DNA of 25,615 nucleotides from Oopsacas minuta (taxonomy: Eukaryota > Animalia > Porifera). Shown piece by piece: positions 11,706-20,492 of the stretch. A model generated the notes under the pieces. That model was not told where the DNA came from. It saw only the letters and a program-made list of their open reading frames with translations, and ran no database searches. Position 1 is the stretch's first letter, and every line of letters starts with the position of its first letter. Position numbers and translations under genes: made by a program. Where the stretch lies: contig JAKMXF010000096.1 of assembly GCA_024704765.1 (NCBI GenBank), forward strand, positions 1-25,615, in the 5' to 3' direction.

Positions 11706-11830
11706 GGGAAATAATTCTGTCATGTGGGGCAGTAATTCTGTCATAGGGTAGTAGCTCTGCCATGGATATAGAGTATCCATGGTATCAGTATAAAAGGTAG
11801 TAAAACTGTCATGGTAGAAAATCTGTCATA
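11706..11830. repeat. Short tandem motif (GG)TAGTAATTCTGTCAT x5 with an internal hairpin
   Basis: Motif copies at ~11706, 11726, 11746, 11796 and 11813. Perfect 9-bp inverted repeat CCATGGATA/TATCCATGG at 11760-11782. Confidence 0.75.
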
Positions 11831-11864
11831 CAAAGTTACACATCCAGAAGACCCTATCATGTGA

Positions 11865-13130
11865 CTAGCTTTTCCATTCAAAATCAATATTAGCAAAAAT
11901 TCAAGTTGATTCTGACATGTAACAACTGTTTACACTCAATTTCGCTTGTTAGTACATTTGAAAAAGTGATTCTAAGATCTAACATAATCTTCATTCAATG
12001 TCACTTGCTAGCAAATATTCAATGTGATTCTAACTAATAACAAGGTTTTCATACAGTTTCACCTGTTAGCACATTTTCAAAGAGATTCTACATGGCAACA
12101 ATATATTTTTCATTTTCACTCCTTAAGACTTAATCAAGGCGATTCTAAACTGTAACAATATTTTTCAGTAATTTTCACATGTTAGCACATATTTCAAGGT
12201 GATCCTAATATGTAACTTGTTTTTCACTCGATTTGATGTATCAGCACTTATTCAACTTACATCTTACATGCCACAAGTTTTTTCAATCATTTACACGTGT
12301 TAGGATTATACCAGATGATTCCAACATGTCAAAACACTTTTCATTTAATTAACTCGTTAGGACATATTCAATGAGATTCTAACCCGCAACAAGTTCTCCC
12401 CGATCATTTTCATATGTAATGACATATTTAAGGTCTTTCAACATGAAATATTTTTATTTATTTAATTTCACCTATTTGCACATATTCAACGTGATTCTAA
12501 ACTCTAACAAGTGTTCTCATTCAATATATAGTGTTAGGACATAATCAATCTGATTCTAACCTGAACAAGCTTTTTCATTCGTTTTCACCTGTTATAACAT
12601 ATTCAATGTGTTTCAAACATGTAACTTGATTTTCATTCAATTACACCTGTTTGCACATATTCAATGTGATTCTATACTCCAACAAGTGGAATCATTCATT
12701 TTACGTGGTGGAAAATAATCAAGGTGATTCCAGCATGAAACAACTTTGTTCATCCATCAGACGTGTTAGGACAAATTTAATGTGATTCTAACCTGCAACG
12801 ATTTTTCATTCATCTTTAAGTATTCAGACATACTCAAGGTGATTCAATCATGTAACCGCTTTTTTCATTCAATATTATGTGTAGGATCTATTCATTGTGC
12901 TTTACAATGTAACAAGTATTTTCTTTCAATTTCAACTGTCAGCACTTATTCAATGCGATGCAAACAGCAACCAGTTTTTCATTCAATTTCATGCTTTAGA
13001 ACATGTTCAAGGTGATTCTAACATGTAACAACTTTTTTCATTCTGTAGACGTGTTAGGACAGATTCAATGTGATTCTAACCTGCAACAATTTTTTTCATT
13101 AATTTTCACTGTTAGGACACATTCCACTGT
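11865..13130 (+). repeat. Degenerate ~58-bp tandem repeat, array B (~21-22 copies)
   Basis: GATTC-like anchors from 11908 to 13072 give 20 periods over 1164 bp (58.2 bp). Approximate consensus GTGATTCTAACATGTAACAAGTTTTTTCATTCAATTTCACCTGTTAGCACATATTCAA. Confidence 0.92.
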
Positions 13131-13195
13131 GGCTTTAAATTGCTATCCGTAGGCTTTGGCGTCTTGGGTATTTTTAAAGTGCATAGTATGTATTA

Positions 13196-14505
13196 CAGGG
13201 TGCGGCAAAAGTTCTATCCCAAACCTAATTTGAAATATCTCATAAACCCATTAACAGATCTAGCTAATTCTTTGCTGGAAAATTTATTACTTATGTTGAA
13301 TTTAAAATAAGATATTATTGTTCAGTATAGCCACCTTTCTTACTTACCACAGCTTGGAGTCTAGTCCTAAATTGGTATACGGCGCACCGGAAGTGATCCT
13401 GAGGTATTTTCAGCCATTCTCGCTGCAAGCAAGCCTTGAGAGAGCTAATATTTGCGTGAGAACTTGCGCATACCTTCTGCTCCAAGATGGACCAAACAGA
13501 ATAGTCAATAGGATTCAAGTCCGGACTGGAGGGTGGCCATTGCTCTTTAGAAATGAAGTCTATTTTTTTATCTCGAAACCACTGTTGGGTAGCGTTAGCT
13601 GTATGAGCTGGAGCTCCATGCTGCTGGAAGGTCCAACTCGTATTTCCAAAGTTCTTACAACCGAAACCCTTCACTTCAGAATCTAAAATGAGTTCACGAT
13701 AGGTTTTCGAATTGATTTTCACACCAGACAGAACAAAAATAAGATTAGTCCGGGAGTTTGCGGAGATTCCCCCCATACCATGACCGAAGCTGGCTTTTGC
13801 CTTCTCGGTATGAATCGAAGTTGTTCTGGGATGTCTTGGACGCTGCTTGAGATGATACGATCATTCTGAGGGTTGGAAACCTCTTGAATCGTGAACAATT
13901 TCTCATCGGAGAACAATATTTTGTTCACGACTGATTGGCCGGCACGCGATAACAGACATCGACTTCTTTGCAGCCGCATTTCTCTAATTGCCTTTGTAAG
14001 CATGTGAACTTTCCTGCACTTGAGAGACTTTAACCCTAGGTCATCGTGCACTACGCGTCCAATAGATCTACAGCTTATTCCAAAGTCACGAGACATTTTC
14101 CGCATGGAACGCCGGGGATGTCGGACGATTCTTTTTCTTTATCTTCGCCTTTAGTTCTTGTGTCCTTACATTACGCGGACGGCCACTCCGAGTTCTGTCT
14201 TTCAAGCTTCCAGTCTCCTTGGATCTCTGGATAGTACGATATACCAACTTTCTACCCACGTTCTTGCTCTGAAGAATTTTTAAAATCTCGCCTGGGGACT
14301 TCTCTGCACGAAATAATTCTAAAATTTGTGACCTTTTGGCTTTCATGGCTCTAATTAGAAATATTTGTTAGTAATAGAGAGAATGCTTTAGTACTTCAGT
14401 AAACATATATCAATATAGATTATGGGCCTATAAGGTTTCAATTATTCCACTATAGCTATGTATAATTGATTGTCAAACAATGGACAGAACATTTGCCGCA
14501 CCCTG
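13196..14505 (-). mobile_element. Tc1/mariner DD37D (maT) transposon, full length 1310 bp (maT-2)
   Basis: TIRs CAGGGTGCGGCAAAAGTTCTATCC vs CAGGGTGCGGCAAATGTTCTGTCC (22/24). TA at 13194-13195 and 14506-14507. Confidence 0.95.
13315..14346 (-). pseudogene. DD37D/maT transposase pseudogene (343 aa if repaired)
   Basis: ORFs 14086-14346, 13719-14105 and 13315-13776 join into one protein: LFSDEK, FQQHGAPAH (D2 to H), WPPSSPDLNPIDYSVW, KKGGYTEQ. One +1 frameshift in an A-run (~14132) and one -1 in a G-run (13769-13774). Confidence 0.95.
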
Positions 14506-16104
14506 TATGTATACAACTTGTTGATTAACAATAAAATAAATTTGGTATGGCTTCTATTTTTTGAGTTATGATGTAATCATATTTTGTGAAACTTATAAAC
14601 CAGCGTAAATCTAGTCAGGTTAGAGTTAGGGGTATACAGTCTATTATTTACTTATAGTTTAATCACTATTTATAGTATATTGACCGGATTTAGCATATAA
14701 TATAGCTTTGATTTTTCTTGTTGTGACAACGTAAGCAATATTATATAATTCAAATTCAGGAAATATGTGTAATTTGGGTTATTTAGATTTAGTTTCCACA
14801 GTAAAATCATGTATCAAAGGATATTGTGTTTAGATTATCAAACTAACCTTCTTTTTGAAATATTATTAGGGCAATAGCAATTCTATCATATAAATGAAAT
14901 ATTCAAATTTTGAATTTTATCGGGTAACTCAGACGTCTTGCGTGTCCTTAATAACCAACGGTAGTTATGGGTTAAATTAAATTAATCATTGTAGTCTAAT
15001 TGCAATGCTAGTGTTTCATCCTATCAAGGGCTCCTCAGTTGCCTCGCCTTTTCGCAATACACATCAGATGTATCAGTGTTACTTTAAGTTTACACCACTG
15101 GGGATATGCCGTTGCGGGTCGCGTTCTCATTATCTGGGTTCGCCATGATTGGGATTGAGTTGCCTGAATAGCCGCGGACAGAGGTATCCACAAAGTTCGA
15201 TGTACCTGCCTTTGAACGCTTTCGAAAACTATTTGTGTGGAAGTTGAAGAATGAAGACAAGACGTTAAGAAAATATTTACTAATTAAATAATGTCTTGAT
15301 CGTTAGTCTGGTGAAGCAATTTGTGCTTTTCAGCCTGCAGGTGTGTCTGATTCCTCTACATTCCTTACACTTGAGAACATTGCGAAAATCTATCCGAACA
15401 GGACAGATAGATAATTACGCTTACTGAAAGCATCAGGTTCAGAAATTCAATTCGCTGAATCTTCTACGAATTGAGCAGAAGTCGCCATCTAAAAGATCAC
15501 ATATCTGGATGAAGGAATCGACTACAGTTCAGATTGATGTTGAGAGGGGAAAAATCAAGTACTTCCTGGTTGTTCGTTTAGAATTCGAAATAGTTGGCAG
15601 AAATTTCGCACATCAGGTTATAAACTATGAATTGCTTAATTTCTGAAATTCATAAAAATTACCGGGTCGCTCTGCTGCAAATGCTTGGTATTCATTTGGG
15701 GGAGGATGCATTTAGTTCTAAAATACGGATAATATTATGACAAATAACTCCAAACTTGATACTCTATGGTCACGACTGGCCACAGTGAGTTTGAGGGGTA
15801 ATTAGACCAAGGTATAATGTGTCTGGAGACATTATCTGGCGTCAAAATTAACTGAACTATAGAAAAAATATTCCAAATGAAATGCTTCGTTCTTATCATA
15901 ATTGAGAAGATTTTATTCTGAACTAATAACAGGTTAGAACTTTGAGCCATCCACTAAGCATAACACTTGAGTATCAAGTAATATGAATATCTCAAGAAAA
16001 TTATGTTTCCAATGTTTCAGACCATGCTGAAGTTAATGGTAACACTTTCGAAAGCTTGTGGGATGATGAAAGATTGCTCTAAAGCCTATGGTGAAGCCAC
16101 TATG

Positions 16105-16242
16105 TATTCAAGGTTATTCAACACATGTATTTGTTTTTTCATTCAATTCACTTGTCATCTCTTATTCACGGCCATTACAACATATGATGGGTTTTTCATT
16201 TAATTCAAACTGTCAGCACATATTCACAGTTTTTCCAACACG
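16105..16242 (+). repeat. 58-bp repeat, array C (~2.4 copies), same family and orientation as array B
   Basis: TATTCA anchors at 16105, 16163 and 16221 (period 58). Contains TTTTTCATTCAATTCAC and TGTCAGCACATATTCA as in array B. Confidence 0.75.
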
Positions 16243-16613
16243 GGGACATGGCATAGTTCTTATTGTGCATTACATTACGACTAGGATTTCATTGATTACT
16301 GTTGCGACATTGAGTAGTTTGTACCAATTGATTCCCTTGAGGACATCTTATGGTTCCTATTGTATTAAATTCCAATTAGACATTTAGTGTGTTGCAATTC
16401 CAACTGTTTCTACAGCTAGCTATGATATTACATCCCTGTACAGTATAATCGAATAGAATGCTAGTTTCCGAACTGATTGGGATCTACATAATGTAAAATG
16501 ATGGAGTAGTAAAGTAGCATAGCACGGTACAGAATAATACGAACTCAGTATGGCACGTAGCAACCCGTACAGTAACTACATAATCTGTATTGTCAAAGCT
16601 TAATTGGAACATA

Positions 16614-16915
16614 CTGTATTTATTCGAATAATATCCAGGGCGATTATTAATTTTAACTCCCTCTTAAGGGAGGCGATTATTAATTTCACTCATAAGGGGG
16701 GCGATTATTCGAGTGAAGTAATAAGATAGGTACTAGGTAGGTATTCATTTTATGCAAACTAAATGGAGTAATGCTATTAGTATCGTATTAACTCGAATAG
16801 TAGCCAATGCGAATATTCGAAGTAGGTGTTTACTAATTTCAAACCTCCCAAAAAGGGGTCGATTATTCGAGGGAGGCTATTATTTGAATAGGGGCTACTA
16901 TTCGAATAAATATGG
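16614..16915 (+). mobile_element. Non-autonomous pogo/Tc2-type MITE, 302 bp
   Basis: TIRs CTGTATTTATTCGAATA and TATTCGAATAAATATGG, with TA on both sides (16612-13, 16916-17). Subterminal GGCGATTATT repeats. No ORF. Confidence 0.8.
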
Positions 16916-17085
16916 TATGTATATTTATCGCGGACTTACTGTTTCCTAAAAAGGTCTTTTTGCGAGAATATGGGTATCACTGTCTCCGAATTACATAACG
17001 GGATCAATACACCGTGATAGTAATAATGTAATTGGTAGAATCTGGTTGAAACAAATTCTCAGACTTTTTAATAATATACGAATGA

Positions 17086-17123
17086 AGGAATCTGATTGAC
17101 CAACGTTGAACAATCAGATTCCT
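17086..17123. other. 38-bp near-perfect palindrome
   Basis: AGGAATCTGATTG-ac-CAACGTTG-aa-CAATCAGATTCCT: 13-bp perfect arms around a palindromic 8-bp core. Confidence 0.85.
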
Positions 17124-17288
17124 AAGAAAATGCATTGATTTATAGCACGAGGTGTGAAAAATTCATATATCTTGTCCAAACTGGTCCGATTCGAAAGAAA
17201 TTCCTATTTAGAAAGGTTTGAGTATTACTTAGTCGACGCACCAAATTTGTTCGAATCGGAAGGGACATCTCTGAGAAAGCGCGTGTGG

Positions 17289-17315
<27 letters not shown>
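17289..17315. repeat. (AC)n microsatellite
   Basis: About 13 AC units followed by TA/TG-rich sequence. Confidence 0.95.
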
Positions 17316-17322
<7 letters not shown>

Positions 17323-17689
17323 GTATGTATATACACTTTGTTGTATTTATGTCACCGTCCAAATTGACTACTTAGCGCGCCAAATTGGGTAAGGTTATTC
17401 TTACATAATTTTATACTAATGATATTATGGGTTAACTAAAATGGAAATATATTTGTGTATTACTATTCAACATTCATATCAAAGTTACCTAAGTGCTACT
17501 GGGGTGTTAGGCATATAATACCACTTGTGCTACCACGCGACAGATACTACGCATTTCCGACTAGTTACTATAATATACTATTGTGTTTGCGTTTGTTTCA
17601 TCTGGGCCGAATCAATATACTTTTCTTTTTGTCAAATACTAAAGATATTTTCGAATCAGAGCTTTGGGAGCTCAATCAATTTATATTTG

Positions 17690-18575
17690 ATGAGGAGAGA
17701 TGAGATTATAGAGAGCTACAGAGAGGATGGTTGCAACACCAACGATCCCAATTTGGGCAGGACCAAGTTGCGCTATTCGTGGAGGAGTTTGAGGAAGTAA
17801 AGGTCCTGTACATGAAAGGGGTTAACCAAAGACTACACTGTGCAAGTTACGCGTATGGCTTAGGAAGACCTGTGTGATATGTTAGTGGCCACACATCACG
17901 AGCTCAGTTAAGGGCCACGTGACAGGGTGTACGAGTATTTCATGAGTCACAACCATCACGTGCCTCGTGTAACAATTGACCTCTTCGTACGCCTCTGCGC
18001 CATTTGCCAAGCCACAAATGCAGGATATGTGTTTACGACGATCTTGATGACGGTTTCTACAATCTTACTATACCTTTGCTGATCGGAACACAAGGTAACC
18101 TTATTTTAACATTACCTGTCCAGTTTGTGTAGTAGATGATGGCAACTGCACTGTGAGTTGCAGCCATTGTAAACTGGATCCATTTCATGCTGACTGCCTG
18201 GGACGAGTAGAGGCGTATGGTAAGTCCGAACAGTACTCCTATGCATGTGATGAGTCTGCAGGAAAGTGCGTAATACTGAGCAGCCCCGTCAAGGAGGCTG
18301 GAGAGCACTCAGAAAGCAAGGAGCTGACATGATACAGTCTAGCAAGAAATGTAGCAAGACTATTGAAAAGGGAATCATGTGAGGATAACCATTTTATACC
18401 CCGACAGGGCTACTATTAGTCCCATTAGTCTCATTGGCACCGTTATGAATGTGTACTTGGATGGAGGGGCTTGCCAGAAGGGACTGCATATGGGACAAAT
18501 CAGCTAGTATTCACCTACACTGATTTAACACCTTGCGGCACTGACGAGCTTCCCCACCCTGACGATGCCCTGTGA
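17690..18575 (+). pseudogene. Internally deleted Ginger2/TDD-type (KRBA2/SCAND3-like) integrase relic
   Basis: Integrase H2C2 finger EDLCDMLVATHHELS*GPRDRVYEY..VPRVTIDLFVRLCAICQ (17864-18010). PHD-like finger CPVC-x10-CSHC-x5-HADC..EAYG..CDES (18117-18257). C-terminal RKQGADMIQSSKK..G..VRITI.YPDR..GTAYG..Q..FTYTDLTPC (18311-18540). No DDE core between the first two blocks. The 5' boundary is approximate. Confidence 0.65.
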
Positions 18576-18750
18576 GAGAGTCACCTTTGGGTTTGATGGT
18601 ATTAATACTATGTCTGGCTATATAAGTGTCGTACAAAGTCATCTGAGATCACTTTCAAGAAGTGCAATTTATATTCACTACAGGTCTCATAAATTTCAAC
18701 TTGCTGCTGTCAATGCTTGTGCAGAACATGTACAAATACTGAGAGTTTAG
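18571..18750 (+). pseudogene. Internal fragment of a ZMYM1-like (Tip100/Blackjack-type) hAT transposase
   Basis: FGFDGINTMSG..VVQSHLR....AIYIHYRSHKFQLAAVNA matches the second catalytic D (DGA..MSG) and the CxxH region (Y-x-H-C-x-x-H-x-L-x-L) of this hAT group. Confidence 0.75.
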
Positions 18751-18751
18751 G

Positions 18752-19775
18752 ACAACATAATTTTATCCTATTTGGAATTGAAGCTATAAGATTGGCCAAA
18801 ACATCCTCCGCCACCTGAAACCATCCCAGTTTGAGATTATTTTTTAAACTTTCTTCATTGGTTGCAATAGGCATTGAATCTAGTTGACTTTGAAGTATTT
18901 CCCATAGATTTTCTATAGGATTCAAGTCCGGCGAATTCGCAGGCCATACTTGCTTAGGCCAAAAACCTTTAGGGTTCTTCAAACACCACTCTTGAGTTCT
19001 TTCAGAGGTATGACCCGCACCTCATCTTGTTGGAAATACCTTGGATATGTTTTTCATAATCTTTCGTGTATAAATGGGTACATTATTTCTTTTTCTTTTA
19101 AGTGTAGGTACCAAAGCTTTCTTCAAATTTCCTCTGCATAATATTCTGTATTCACGGTCTTACCTCGTGCAATAAGGTTCAATTCTGATAAGGCAGAGCA
19201 GGACATCATACCCCACACAATTACATTTAGAGGGTACTTCACAGTCTCTACCGGAGGTATATTATTTCGTTTCCGAGCCAACACTCGGTTATTTTGCCGA
19301 TTCTGAGTATAATAAAGTTGAAATGGTGATCATCTGAAAATAGTATCGGTCTCCATTCTTCTACACTCCAGTTCTTCCTCTCTTTGCAGATTTTACACGG
19401 GATTTTCTGAGAATCGGTTCTTTGGCTGTTTTTGTAGTTTATAAGGAGTAGCATTCAAACCTTGCAAATAATTCAATAGAGTAACGTGAGAAACTGCTAC
19501 CTTGCCTCTCCTTCTCAATTTCTTGGTAAATTTCTTAGATGATTTGTGAGGTTTGGATAGCGATTAGCATCTATGATTTTCGCTGCTTTGCATAGGGAAT
19601 TTTTGAACAGGTCCAGGCTTGTTTCTCAACGATTTACCACCTCTAGAAATTGCTCGCCAACTCTGTATTGTTCGTAAATTCATCTTCAGAGCATGAGAAA
19701 CCTTCATTTGAGACATGCCTGCTACAATCATACCGATTGCACGATTGCGACATCAATAGTCCATTCGGTAACCAT
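18752..19775 (-). pseudogene. Second DD37E transposase pseudogene (DD37E-2), 3'-truncated
   Basis: Minus strand reads RNRAIGMIVAGMSQMKVS (HTH), ILFSDD (D1), SALSELNLIARGKTVNTEYY, FQQD..H (D2, ~19020) and WPANSPDLNPIENLW (E at D+37 after repairing a 1-bp loss), ending PNRIKLC at ~18755 with no downstream TIR. A possible decayed 5' TIR lies near 19962-19987. Confidence 0.85.
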
Positions 19776-20241
19776 GGAAACACTAAAGAATGCTATGAAT
19801 TTTTATTTTTCGGTGAAGAAGAAAATCAACTAGGATACTAACTATGAATTCATGAAGCATATGGCAAGGAATATTAAGTTAGAGTATCATGATAAATCGT
19901 ATACTGCACAAGTGAGACACAGTATCCCAAGTGTAAGTATCACACTTCCAATTGTCAAAAGCCCGATAAATTTTGTCTGGGATACTCAAATGACCCCTTC
20001 TATCTTTGTCAATCAAAACACAACGGATAAATCTTTGCAAAAAAACTTTGAGTATAATGACTTAGCATGAAAAATTTGTATACCTTTGATATATATATTC
20101 ATGTAGAATTGATTGTTTTCTGACTACAACAATCAATCAATATATTTGACAAATTTTAGAAATTGAATCGCGCAAATTTTGTTGACATCATGCTTTCTGA
20201 CAAACGCTAACTCATCATAGAAATGTCACGTAATCATTATA

Positions 20242-20492
20242 GGACAAATATCGCTTATAAGAACATCGTCGTGAGTAAAGAAGAATGTTCTTCTAACCGA
20301 TATTTTTAGTAAGAATGGATAGAAATGGGTTACAGGCCATGGTTCTTATAGCCGATATCTCTTATACTTGGTGTTCTTATAACCGGTAGTTTTCTTGTAC
20401 AAACCTATAGGAATAAAATCGGTTACCGGGAGAAATGGTTCTTATAACCGATGTTTTCTTATAACCGATGTTCTTATAAGCGATATCTACTA
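20242..20492. mobile_element. Tigger/pogo-like MITE relic, ~250 bp
   Basis: Perfect 21-bp inverted repeat ATATCGCTTATAAGAACATCG (20248-20268 / 20466-20486). Multiple internal TTCTTATA(A/G)CCGAT motifs. Outermost bases and TA duplication are decayed. Confidence 0.75.

Noticed and set aside
11865-13130. Regularly spaced ~58-bp units as a CRISPR array
   Set aside because: The whole unit is degenerate and homologous along its length. There is no invariant repeat with unique spacers, no cas genes, and the context is eukaryotic.
11865-13130. Array B as a coding repeat (ORF 12782-13015)
   Set aside because: The period of ~58 bp is not a multiple of three, indels are frequent and all frames contain many stops.
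19921-19986. 9-bp inverted repeat AGTATCCCA/TGGGATACT as a mini-element
   Set aside because: Too short. The right arm may instead be the decayed 5' TIR of DD37E-2, which cannot be confirmed because the other end is missing.
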